DNA of 63,973 bases, counting the filler, from Reticulomyxa filosa (Eukaryota; Protista; Foraminifera): the NCBI GenBank assembly GCA_000512085.1. It is 14 parts of 14 records of this genome, joined end to end, with 100 filler letters (N's around TTAATTAATTAA, not from the genome) between each part and the next. Parts side by side here need not be neighbours in the genome. Positions count along the whole stretch, not along the records: positions 17,782 to 30,683 come from ASPP01017059.1; positions 30,784 to 38,953 come from ASPP01004467.1; 12 more parts are not named here. One strand, given 5' to 3'. The position numbers were made by a program, and so were the translations under genes. Position 1 is the first letter of the stretch, and the number at the start of each line of letters is the position of its first letter. A model generated the notes under the pieces. The model saw nothing but the letters and a program-made list of their open reading frames with translations, was not told the origin of the DNA and did not search any database. Positions 25,538-37,939 of the stretch are shown here, in pieces.

Positions 25538-28500
25538 ATGAGGCAAAAAAGCGTACTATCATGGTCGTCAATGTTGTGTGGGATGCTTCTCGTGTGGGTA
25601 GGCGAAGCGTCCAGTTTTGTCCTTTTTCTCCTTTTTTTTTTTGTACAAAAAGTGAAGGAGAGAAAACAACAAAAAAAAAGTGATTAGTTATGATTCATGT
25701 CCATCAAGAGGAACGTTTTATTTCGATGACTGCCAGCCATCATCATCAACACAATTAGCAACAAGGTGTTGCAATAGTCAAGGGACATGTCAAGCTTCTA
25801 GCGCTTTAACGTATGCAAATGCTGTGAGCAAGTGCAAGTCTAATTTTCATCTGTGCACAGTTGCTGAGCTAAACAGCGGCATCTGTTGTAGCACCAATGT
25901 GAACGAAAATGTTTGGACCAATACAACTTGTAAAAGTTGAGGCAAAAAAAAGCAGAGATAACAATGTAAAAATTTCCTCCCCCCCCCCACGCAAACACAC
26001 CCAAACACTTTTTTTATACTCCAAACGTATACGTGAGCACTCGCTCTTATAAAAAAAAAAAAAGGTCAAGATAAAGGAGTGCGATATTGTTCGTCCATAA
26101 CTAACCCGTATGAAGTCCAGGTAGCACAGACGGCTGAGTATGTGATTGAGAAGCTGACAGTGGTAGTACAAATGAAAAGTACAAGCACGCAAAAATGGCT
26201 GTACTTACAAAAGAAAGGTGTAAACAATAGCGCCATAGCATTGGCAAGTAGTATAACCGACACAAGTGGAAATTATGTGATAAAATTTGACGAGTCCGCA
26301 AGTGCGCCGTATGCCAATAGCAAAACGTTCCCTTCGAATACGTTTATATACGCACCCAAGCAATCTTTTTCGCCTTTTTTGAATGATGTGAGCGCTGGCA
26401 CGTATGAACTTGTGGTGAAAACGAATAACAACGCCAATATAGATAAAACGAGTGTATTGAGTTGGTGCATGATAATTCAATTTCGAAAACTACCACGGAT
26501 AGTCAGTACATTTTTTGTTGACATGTCGACTGCGACGGATAATACGTATACTCATAGCTGCAGTCCATACAGTACGTTGGCAGTGGATGAAAATGGATCT
26601 TTGTTGATGAACAGGACCAATAGTGGTGATACTAACACAGATTTGCATCAGTTCTTAAATTCTAGTTGTCCTGGCCTATATCACAACAATACAATTCGGG
26701 CCTGTTTGAAAGCCATCAGTTTATTTTTTGTACTTTTTTTTTTTTTACTAAAAAAAAAAAGTGTCGTTTTTCTTTAATGTGGCCGTAATTCGTTTTTTTT
26801 TAAAAAAAAAAGGGGAGAAGTGGGGACATGTCTTTTTTTTTTGTTTGTGAGTTCCCTCGGAAGCACGTATATACATTTACACTTGCTTTAAAAGATGACT
26901 CACGCGCATTGGATCCAAATACACGATACTTTTATACTTGCGAGTTTGTTGTATTCGATTTGAATGCCACCAGCACCAGTTGTCATGACTTGTCATCGGC
27001 AGATACTCAAGCCTCGTTAAATCTATTGGCCTTGAGCAAAGGAAGCCAAAGCGATTTGCCATCCGAAATTTATTGGAGCAGTCCGTTCTATATGCAAGCG
27101 AATCAACACATGAACTGGTTCCCCAATCAAACCTTTGCATTGAAGTTTATACCATGGTTCATGCACAGCAAAATTAACAATGTATATTTCCATACTTGCA
27201 TCTCTAAAAATGCCGTAAAATCCCCGTCAATATATTCGGGCATGGTTTCCACTTATTTTTATGGGTTTGATTGGAAGGTATAAACGTTTTTTGACTTTTT
27301 GTTAAAAAATAAAAACACTTCAAAAACAACAACAACAACAAAATAACTTCTTTTTGGTGATTAGATTGACAAAACGTTAATGCAAATCGTTGCTCAGCCA
27401 AAATTATCCATCAACTTGGCTTTTTATGATAACAGTTTTTGGATTAACAATGCAAGCAAAAGCGTTGTGACAGTAGACACACAAAGCAGCTCTCTTTTGA
27501 ACGTTTCTTTGCAGTTGGGACTTTGGTTTTTTTTTTTTTGACATGTGCATATTAAAAAATAATAATAATAATACGAACAATTGTGATGGCAATAATAACA
27601 AAAGACACTCAATGGCAAACACGTTGGGCCCAAGCTCGTCAAAAAAATGGAACAGTGGCACTTTGCTAAACTTGAGAACGCCAGTATATGCTTTACAAAT
27701 CGAAGGTAGCAAGTTTGATTCATTTGCAGGAAGTGTAGTCCAAGCCCAAAGTTTGACGACGCTATTGTTGGAGAATAGCGTATTTAACTTGCGTCCTCAC
27801 AACCAATCTACCAAAGGTGTTTCTGTCGTGGTCATTGATATTCAAGGCAACCAGATTACAACCATCAACAACTGTTCGTTCCAAATGATTTCATCAATGG
27901 TTACAAAACAGTTGTATGCCATAAAGGTAAAAATGCAAAATCCGCTATCTTTCCAAGTGTCCAAGTCCAGCTTTTCCAACTTTACGTATACTAATTTAAT
28001 CACTGTCACGCTCAATGGTAGTTTACCTTCGTCTTTTGGAATTTCGGACACGACCTTCCAATATGTCTCTTTTGGTATGTAATTTTTATTTTTTTGCAAA
28101 AGGGTAAAGCACAAAAACACGATTATTTTTTTTTTTTTTTTTTTTTAAAAGGGACCTTGATTGATGTCAGCACATTGACGAGCATAACTACGAATAGTTA
28201 TTTTAACTTCAGTGTAAGCCAAAGCAAAATTACGGATTTGAAACAAGCAATTGTAAATGTCGCCGCACCAACATCTTTGCAATTTGCAAACACTACCTTC
28301 CAAAACTTTAATGGCTTCCAGCTTTATTGCACGAACTGTCCTTTCATGTCCATACAGGATTCAGTGTTTGATAATATTGACAACAGCAATTCCAAATACA
28401 ACAAGATTATGAGCTTTTTTAGTTCACCCGCCGCTGCCTCGATCTTCAATGATTTGGACAGTTAAGTTGTTTGTGTTTCTTTTTTGAAATTATACGTAGA

Positions 28501-30683
28501 AAAAAATTGATGAGATAGAAAAAACTCGACATGAAATGTAAATAGCTGGGGTGCTTGTTCAAAATGTTATCTTTTCAAGAATCGCACAACTTTATAACAC
28601 TCATCTGTTGTTTAACGTAAGTCATGCGGAGAGGTTCGAGCTGGTCAATGTATCAATTGTCGACAGCAAATTCCCATGCATGTACACTATGGTCTCTCGT
28701 GTGAATGTCAAGGGCGTGTACATTAAGAATGTGATTGCTCCCAAAGCCGCCAGCTTCAATTGGTTGTGGCGATTTGGCATTTATCCAGGAGTTTGGTATA
28801 ACTCAGATCATGGCGAACGTGAGTTTTATTTGTGCACAACAAAACACTTTAAAGAAGAGGGAAAGAGAAAAAAAAATTTTGTAATTTTTTTTTAGCGTAT
28901 ACGTAATTTTTTTTTTTTTGTGTGTGTGCGAATATGGATATGTTTTCAAACTATTACAATCAACACATCAATATTTTTTTCTCCTTGTGTTCACCTTCCC
29001 CTCCTTTCCTCCTCTTTTTCAATTTTTTATTCAGCTTTAATCAATGTGGCAAACGTGTATCTGGCTGGTGAATATGAGGCCGCTTTGGCACGTAACGAGC
29101 AATGGAACTTTTTGCAAGTAATGCCTATGGTTGAGTTTGTTGTCGGTTTGACATTGAAGAACGTTACGGTGAAAGGGTTCTTGGGAAACATTTTTGAATC
29201 ACGAGCGTATTACTCCTCGGTCGGATGGGTTATTGTCGATGGATGTTCATTTGACCATATTCAAAACGGTATGTTTCTATAAACTTTCCCAATTTTTATT
29301 GCTTCTCTTTTTTGGAAAACGACATCCGCAAAAATACAACAAAATTAAAAAAAAAAAAAAAAAAATGAAACAAAACAAAAAGGCACGATCATTAAAGTAC
29401 CATTAATAAATACTGGGAAAAAAGTGTATTATGTCCCACACGTGAACGCCACCCATTTGTCGATCAAAAACACGATTTTTTCAAACTTATCAAATGTCCA
29501 AACAGTATATTTTGTTGATAATACAGTAGACAGCACAGTGCGTCTGACTTCATATCAGAGTGCATTACCCGTAGTAACCATTCTAACAGTGAGAAATGTA
29601 ACATTTGAGAACGGCACGAATTCCGAAGCAGTATATGCCGCGTGCACAGATTCAACATTCCAGACAGTGTATTTCCGCAACATGACACAAACCAAGCGTG
29701 TGGCCGGGTCGTATTTGTTGCAAATAACCCAGACATTCAGTATGGAATCTGGTTCTAACGAGCTTCTCTTAAGCGATATTCACATGACAAACATATTGTT
29801 CCCAATAGGAATTCTATCAGGTTTTGGGAACAGTATCACCACGATTCGTCTCTTGTCAAGCACATTTGTTAATGCCGTTGGGGCCATAAGTTGGATAGCG
29901 GCGTATTCTATGGAAGTTTCCGATGTCACAATGACGCAGACCTCATGGAATGGCAATTGGATCTCTCCGAATTCATCTGTGTTATCATTCCAAGATGCAT
30001 TCCAATTCAACATTATTCGTTCGACTTTTCTCAATAACCATTGGCAGTCGCGTATGGGTGGGGTCGTGTATGCGAACAACATTTACAATATGTCCATCGT
30101 CGACTGTACATTCACTAACAACTCTGCTGTTGATGGAGGCGGAGTGATTTTGACTGTATCCACTACGTTGCTTGATATAAACAAGTGCACGTTTGTAGAT
30201 AACGGATGCAATGGAGATGGCGGAGCGATTTACTTGGCCGAAGATCCTGATCACATATGGAATGTTCATTCCGTGGTCACCATTTCCAAGAGCACGTTCC
30301 AGAATAACTTTGCCTATCACAGCGGCGGAGCTGTTCGTATGAACCAAGGAAAACTGATCCTTACTGATTCTTCTTTCTATGGTAACATAGCTCAAACAGG
30401 TGGAGCGTTGACATTGACTGATCTTAACAAACTCATTATCACTGGATGTAAATTTGTCAATAATACTGCCTTCACCTATGGAGGTGTTTTGGCAGATATC
30501 CACGACGGAGGAATACGCGAGCCAGGAGTTAATATCATTAAAAACTCGTACTTCTCCGACAATCAAGCCGTCTTTTTTGGAGGAGTGTTTTTCTTCACAT
30601 CCGATGATTGGGATATTTATAGTTGCAAATTTCTTAACAACATGGCGCAAAATAACGGAGGTTATTGTTTTTTTTTTTTTTTT
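25538..30683 (+). CDS. Large secreted/surface protein: signal peptide, Cys-rich module, proprotein-convertase P-domain-like fold, long right-handed beta-helix; 3' truncated
   Basis: Spliced N-terminus 'MRQKSVLSWSSMLCGMLLVWVGEA-YDSC'. Cys-rich 'TRCC..C..TYANAVSKC..HLCTVAEL..CC..VWT..C'. P-domain-like 'AGTYELVVKTN...VLSWCMII'. Eight alternating FxxN / GG(A/V/G)x motifs in 29424-30683. Confidence 0.75.
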
Positions 30684-30783
30684 NNNNNNNNNNNNNNNNN
30701 NNNNNNNNNNNNNNNNNNNNNNNNNNNTTAATTAATTAANNNNNNNNNNNNNNNNNNNNNNNNNNNNNNNNNNNNNNNNNNNN

Positions 30784-30832
30784 CAGCAGCAGCAGCAGTG
30801 GCATTACAAACACCAATAGCAAAAATAGCAAC

Positions 30833-30884
<52 letters not shown>

Positions 30885-33491
30885 GCAACAATGATAGCAA
30901 GAGTAAACAGACAGTCGACAACACTGAGAAGAAACTAAGAAAAGATGCAATCAAGAACTTTCTCAGCGACGATCGCTTGTTGAGCGATGACGACGTGATC
31001 ATGATCGACAAAAGTGAAATCACCGGCAAGAGCAAAGACACGACAAAAAAAGAAAGCAATATGCCAATGAATCCGAGCAAGCCAACTCCAAAGGAAGCAA
31101 CGCCAAATGTAAAACAAAAGTCAAAAAAAAAACAAAAAACGCAAAGGAATAATATCCCAACCAACTACGTCGACTACTACCACTACTACTACCACTATCC
31201 AACCAATCACGAAGACAACCACAACCACCACCCAATCAACGACTACTTCGCATTGGATGGACCCTGCTACCCAACCGACTACTACTGTCCGACTAATACC
31301 TTCTATCCAATCAAAAGCGCCATCACAAGCACAGGTACAATCACAGGTACAATCACAGATGCGACCGCAAACACAAACACAAGCACAGGTGCAACCACGA
31401 TCACAAATACAAATACAATCACAACCACAACCACAACCACAAACACTGACGCAAGCGCAATTGCGAGTGCAACTGTATATACACGCGCGAGCACAAGCAC
31501 AAGCGCACGCGCAAGCGGAGGCAGAAGCAAAAGCGAAAGCAAAGCTAGAGAAAAAAAAAGCAAAGAAGGACAAGCATGCGCCGAAAATTGCGAACAGTTT
31601 GATGATTCAGCAGGTGGACGAAACGAAAAAGAAAAAGTCGAAAAAATCGGGACCTTCGCAGTCAGCCGTGAATGTGGCACTGATGGAGGCACCTCCAAAA
31701 TCGGTGAAACTATCCCCCAAAAATTGTCGCTGGGAAGACCAAGAAGATAAACTATTAATCAGATGGGTAAACCACCAAATGAAAATTGAAGACAAACCAC
31801 GAATATCCAATCGAATTTGGATGAACATACAGAGCACATTTTTCCCGAATCGATCTGTTGCTGCAGTACGAGGCCGATGGTATTTTCTACACAAAATATA
31901 TGGCGAAGATTCGTTCGATATGCCCATTGGAGATATTAATGCATTATCGTCCATGGCTTCTTACGATCGAATGCAAGCCCTTTCTGCCGCAGAGTCCAAT
32001 CTCTTCGATAATACCTCCGTGTTCGATATAGCCAGCGATACTCAGCATAAAAAAAGGCAACGCGATTGCGATGTACAAAACAATAATCAAGCTTTCGCTT
32101 CATCTCAGTCAATCCCACACTCGCCTTTGTCAAGAGCGCCAAGCTGCCGTGACTTACCGAAGCCACTAGAAGTCTGTTTCAATTCTCCAGACGATCCTTT
32201 CCCTTCAGATCAAGGACATAAACAAAGGAGCACACTAAGGGACGCGCTAAACAATATGCCAAAAAAAAGACAAGAGCAAACCCAAGTACATATCAAAAGA
32301 TAAACCTAAGTATGTATCAAAAGATAAACCAAAGTATATATCAAAAGATAAACCAAAGGATATACCAAAGGATATGCTAAAGGATGCACCAAAGAATGTA
32401 CCAAAAAATACGCCAAAGAATATTCCAAAGGATGCACCAAAAAATGCGCCAAAAAGTGTATCAAAGAATGCGCCAAAAAGTGTATCAAAGAATGCACCAA
32501 AAAAAAAAAAAAAAAAAAAAAAAAGACCTCATCAAAGGGTGAATCAGAGAAGACATCAAAGAAAAAATCAAAGCGTAAATCAAGGAATAAACTAAGGGAT
32601 TCACCAAAATATTCATCCGCGGATTCATCAGATTCATTAATGAATTCAGCAACGAGCTCAGCAATGATACCGCCAACGAGTTCATCAGCAGCATCGTCAA
32701 CGAGTTCATCAGCAGCATCATCAACGAGTTCATCAGCAGCATCATCAACGAGTTCATCAGCAACATCGTCAACGAGATCATCAAATTCATCAACAAACTC
32801 GCCAACGAAATCATCAAAGAATAAAAATAATAAATCAAAGAATACACCAAAGAGTGTATCGAAGGATACATCAAAGAATACGCCAAAGAATATACTAAAG
32901 AATATATCAAAGAATACGCCAAAGGATACACTAAAGAATACGCCAAAGGAGAGAGCAAGGTATAAATCAAAGAGTGTACCACGTGACACGAGTCGGAGTA
33001 GAAGTCGAAAGAGAAAGACCAAAGTTTGTCTTTGTGAAAACTTTTTTTTTATTTATTACAATGAATATATTATGTAAAATGGTGTTGTTTGAAAGCCTAC
33101 GCACAATAAGCCCGACCAAGTTAACAAAGATATTACAATGAAAGAATACCCCTCTGGCGGCAATGATACACTTTTCAAGATAGATGACCTTCCCAAAAAT
33201 ATCATCAACAATGAACAAATATTAATAGAATGTGCTCCAGATTTACCAGAACTTGAGCGCGATTATACCACTCCATTCCCACCACGAAAGACAAGAAGCT
33301 TTGAAGTGACGTTGGAAGTGGATGATCGTAATCCCCACTTACCACCTATTTTCATTCATACTCCGACCCCTATATTAACAGAGAGTAATTTGGAAGCCCA
33401 CAATGCACTCTTACAAAACAATGATATTAAATTGTCACCATCCTCAGTCAAACCCTTGGACGTTTCAACAGGACCTCCTCCCATTCAATAA
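30784..33491 (+). CDS. Low-complexity nuclear protein with a single Myb/SANT-like domain, 5' truncated, frameshifts at A-runs
   Basis: 'WEDQEDKLLIRWV...IWMNIQSTFFPNRSVAAVRGRW' has three spaced Trp. Flanked by poly-Asn, Gln-X, K-x-x-P and Ser-rich repeats. Last exon is about 33138-33491. Confidence 0.65.
32284..32950 (+). repeat. Coding minisatellites: 24-bp and 12-bp units (KYISKDKP / KNAP) and 24-bp ACGAGTTCATCAGCAGCATCRTCA units
   Basis: Periodicity read directly at 32284-32500, 32676-32775 and 32838-32950. Confidence 0.85.
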
Positions 33492-33833
33492 CAAGTTCCT
33501 AATGATGACACTGAAAAGATTAATTCTGAAATGTTAACAAATAAGCCAGTTTGACAAAGTATTTTATGCTGTTTAAAAATGGCAGAAGTCATGAATTTTA
33601 AAAAATGATTAGATCACAACCTTTATCTTCCTTTTTGGAATAAATGAAGCGTGTAATTAATCGAATTTGATCATTTTTTATTTTTAGCATCATATTGCAA
33701 AAAGACACTGATTGTGAATCGACCTAAAAAAAATAAAGCTTGACCATAAATTTTTTACACTTCAGAATAGAAAGAAACTTCAAAAAATCGAATTGGCACT
33801 TACCTTTACAAAGTTTTTTTAATTTTGTTTATA

Positions 33834-36510
33834 TTAAAACATATTAAACATTCCTTGCACTTCGCAAACATCATCGTCATCTTCTTCGAAGTTTTGGTCC
33901 ACTACTTTCGCTTTTTTTTCGTCTTCCTCGTCATCAAATGCAACTTCTTCATCAGAGCCACTTTCTTGTTCAGTTTCCGTTTCGGTTTCAGTTTCACTGT
34001 CAAAGAAAAAACGACCCCGTGAAGTTGTCGACAAATCGACAACATTGCTGTGAGAAACCCAGGCAATTTTTAAATAGGCCGATTCAGAGTCACTTTTGGA
34101 CGGTGTGACAGGTCTAGGAATGACAGGCTCGTTGAAATCAGGATGCAAAGCAGCCAAAAACTCTTCATAATTGATTTTACCATCCAAATCAATGTCTGCC
34201 CAATCCACTGCAGTTTCAGTTCTGGTTACTTGAACTCGGGGAAGGGCTTTTTCTTCTTCATTTCCTTTTAAATTGCCCTCCAGCCCAAGCAACTTTCGTG
34301 CCTTGTTATTGGTTCTTGTTTCTTCTTCTTCCAATTGAAGAATTTTATCCTGTAGCTCTTTCTTGGTAATAAACCCGTCACTGTCTATATCCAAAGCGCG
34401 AAAAGTCTGATACAAACGTTCGTCAGTTGCAACGAGTCGTTGAAATGCAAAGGCGGTCAATAGTTCCTCGAAATCGATTTCTTTGGAATTGTCCAAGTCA
34501 ATAGATTGGAACATACACTCTAAATCCCTTTCACTGTATCCTAACTTGTAGCTATTCATTGCTTTTTTGAATTCCGGCAACGACAGTTTGTTGTCTTTAT
34601 TTTCATCAAATTCGCGGAACCACGCCTCTACTCTTTTGTATTCTGCAGTTGGCAATTGATGCGCCATAATTTGAGAGATCAATACTCGGAATTTACATTG
34701 ATTGGAAAATTTGGTAAGTGCGTCATGAATGGTGAAGTCCAACGTCTTATCACTAGCCGTTTTGAACCAAGGGTGATCCAAGGCTTCTCTTACTGTGATA
34801 CGGTCCTTGACGGATTTGGTCAGCATTTTTGAAATCAGGTCTCGAACATCTTGTGAAACGACTCGATTGGCCGGAAACCATGGACCCAGGCCTTCTTTTT
34901 GGATCGGGTTGAATCCTTTGCAAATCTTTGCGAAAATGCGCCCACTCGTCGCAAAGTCGGACAGCTCTTTGCTTTCTTTATCATCGAAAAAGGGTGGATA
35001 ACCAAACATCATATAATATAATATCACACCACAGCTCCATACATCTGCTGCGGCGTCATACTCTCCGTGTATCACTTCCGGTGCTACAAAATGGGCTGTA
35101 CCCACCAATCCTTTGATTTTCGTCAATCGCGGAACTCCATGAGACATTCCAAAGTCCACCAATTGCACTGGCGCATCAGCAGCTTTGCTGGCAAACATCA
35201 CATTGTTTGGTTTCAAGTCCAGATGCGCAATGAAATTCGTGTGCAAAAATTGTACTCCTTCCAACATTTGCTTCATTATTTTCGCCACCTCTGTTTCACG
35301 CATATCTCGCTTCTTGCTCATGAAATCCTCCAAGGTGCCTCCTGCGCAGTAGTTAGTCACCAGGTACAAATAATTGTGGTCCTCAAAGACGTCATACAGC
35401 TATTGTGTCATATCGTTGCAATGTAATATACGTATATGTCAAGCAAAAAGGGATGAGAAAAAAGTACTTTTTTTTTTTGTCAAAAAAAAGGGGAAGAAGG
35501 TTTTTTTTTCTTTAATTAAAAAAAATGTATATGTGTATGTATACGTTCAAGCATACATATAACCAATAAAAACTTGTTCCCCCCCCCCCTTTCTGTCATT
35601 CTTTTGAGTTTTTTTTTTTCTTGTCATCTCTTTCCTATTTTAAAAAAAAAAAACTTTAATAATGTTGCGATAGCCCGGGACGCGTTTGTTTCTTCGTTTT
35701 CGTTTAAGAAGGCGCAAAATTTCCAATTCACGTTGCATCATGACGATCATATTTTTTTGCTGTCGAAAGCGGGCTTTTGAAATTTTTTTGACAACAAAAA
35801 CCCTTTTTTTCTTTTGAATGAATTTGGTTTTGCTGCGACATTTGTAGCAGTTGCCAAATTCCCCACAGCCCAAATAGTCATTGTCCCAATCGCACAAGTA
35901 TTCGTTGGTGAACTTGCGTTTGCGGCCTTCGTCGTCAGGACTCAGTATCTCCACGGTATTTTGTCTTTTGATTTGCGGTTCTCCGAGTAGCTTTTGAGCC
36001 TTTGGCTTCAGCACTTCCATTTGCGGGGCGTCAATGTTGCGTTTGTCTGGCTTCTTGGTGTTCAAGCTGGGAATATCCTGATTGGTGGTGGGTGAGATAC
36101 TCGTGTTGGCAGCCAGGTCTCCGTTCGAGTCCACGCTGAGACTTGCTGTGGTGTCCTCGCGATCGAGCGAGGGTTTGGATTTGATGATTTCACTGTCAGT
36201 AATTCGTAGTGACACTGTGGCCACAGTCGTCACCGCTGTCGTTGCAGTCGTCGTTGTTGTTGTTGTTGTTGCCGACGTGGATGCTGTTGTGGTTGGACTG
36301 TTCGCCGTTGCTTTGGGATTGATTTCTTTGGGATTGGTTTCTTTGTTTTTGGGAGAAGGTTCCTTCGTTTTGGAGTTGCTTGCAGTAGAAGCAGTGGTCG
36401 AAGTCGTAGGACTCGTAGTAGTGGTGTTGGTAGCATGCGGAGAAGTTGTAGGACTAGTGGAAGTCAAGGTAGTAATGGTCGACTTACCATTGTTCTTGAT
36501 AGCCTTGTTA

Positions 36511-36551
<41 letters not shown>

Positions 36552-37550
36552 GCTATTATTACTATTATTATTGTTGTTGTTGTTATTAGGCTGCTTGTTG
36601 TTCGCAGGTAAGGTGTTCGTCTTGGGCGTGATGGTCTTGGACGACGCCGTGTACGTATTAGTATGCGTAATCATAGTCGCAGTGGCATTACCAACAGGAC
36701 TGGCGTGGACCGTGTTGGCTCTGGGCTTGGTGGTGCCTTTGGTATCAGCATGGGGACTAGGGCTTGCATGGGGACTAGGACTCGCATGGGAATTACCATT
36801 GGCATTAGTATTAGACTTGGGCTTGGTTCTGGGCTTGATTTTGGAATGCTTGACGGGGGCATCACTTTCGCTGCGGATGATGACTTCGTCTTCTTTGTTC
36901 TTAGAACTGGTAGTTTTGTGGTCATCTTCCGACGAGCCTTGCGCGCCAGGCGAGGACGCTGGCGACGAGGTAGGCCCACTTCGAACGTTCATCGTGGAAA
37001 AAAGGGGATGTGGCTGCAGCTTGACTGGCGATAATGCGCCCGAGCGCACATGAACGCCGTGCAAATGCTTGCAATGGAAATACGCTATGCCGCCGATCGT
37101 GCCGCTATGCTGTCCGCTTTTTTCATCCAATTCCACGCCATACCAATAACCTGATGTGCTCTCCACACTCCCTACAAACTTCACTACTCCTTTGCCACGC
37201 TTCGCTACTTCCACACGATCGTTCACTGTTATCCTCGTCGACGATGGACTCTTCCGCGTTATGCTGATAATCTGACGCTGCTCCACCAACATACCGTGGC
37301 CTGGCTTACACTTAAAGTAACGCCGAGATTCTTTGCTTGGCTGTCCGTTGTGCTGACCCTCTGCAAATTCCAAATCTATACCGTACCATATTTTTGTAAA
37401 TGTGTCGTCCGGTCCTATAAACTGCACGCACCCTGTCGAACGCGACTTGTTATTCGATATATCCACTACATCTCCTATACACACTTTCATATCCTGATCA
37501 TCTGGCAATGTTTCTGCCCTTTTTTGGCGAACACCTGCCCGACTCATCAC
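33834..37550 (-). CDS. Tandem CAP-Gly + calcium-dependent protein kinase (CDPK) fusion; exons 37550-35655 and 35399-33834, about 1153 aa
   Basis: Two CAP-Gly domains ('WYGIDL..AEGQHNG..RRYFKCKPGHG', 'WYGVELDEKSGQHSG..YFHC..HG'). Kinase motifs LGCGEFG, VVKKI, HLDLKPNN, DFG and APE. Four EF-hands (DENKDNKLSLPE, DLDNSKEIDFEE, DIDSDGFITKKE, DIDLDGKINYEE). A phase-0 GT-AG intron joins 'RNIIK' to 'LYDVFED'. Confidence 0.9.
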
Positions 37551-37939
37551 TATATCACTTCTTTATCTTTTTTTAATTCTTTTTTTTTTTAATCTTCCCT
37601 CTTGTTCTTTTGGCAAAACCTGCTCACTAGCAAAATTAATAAACTTTGATTGACAATAAAGTTTGTTTTGCTTCTATTCTCTCCTCCCCCCTCTCCCCCC
37701 CAAGGAAAGAGTGGCTTCTCCTCTTGTAAAATAATCAAATATATCCTTTTCAACTAAAGTTGGTCGTGACATTGTGCTTTTCTTGTTTTCAAGTGATTAT
37801 TTTGTTTGAGACAAAAGCAAGAATAGGATGCAATTTTAAGCTTACACAAATCAGAAGGTGCGTTATTTAAAGTAAAAGCACGAAAAAACAAACAAGCAAA
37901 AAAACCCATTCACGTGTTTTCCTTGTGAAAGCAAATAGA

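Noticed and set aside
29424-30683. Chlamydial Pmp autotransporter contamination
   Set aside because: The gene is interrupted by spliceosomal introns and lies on a contig with ATG101 and Fes1.
32284-32950. CRISPR-like array
   Set aside because: Contiguous 12/24-bp units with no unique spacers, in frame within a eukaryotic gene, and no cas genes.
36082-37053. Long antisense or overlapping ORFs (poly-Leu/Val here; also 6454-7019, 31121-31698, 32306-33022, 2561-3091)
   Set aside because: Shadows of low-complexity coding repeats on the opposite strand or frame.
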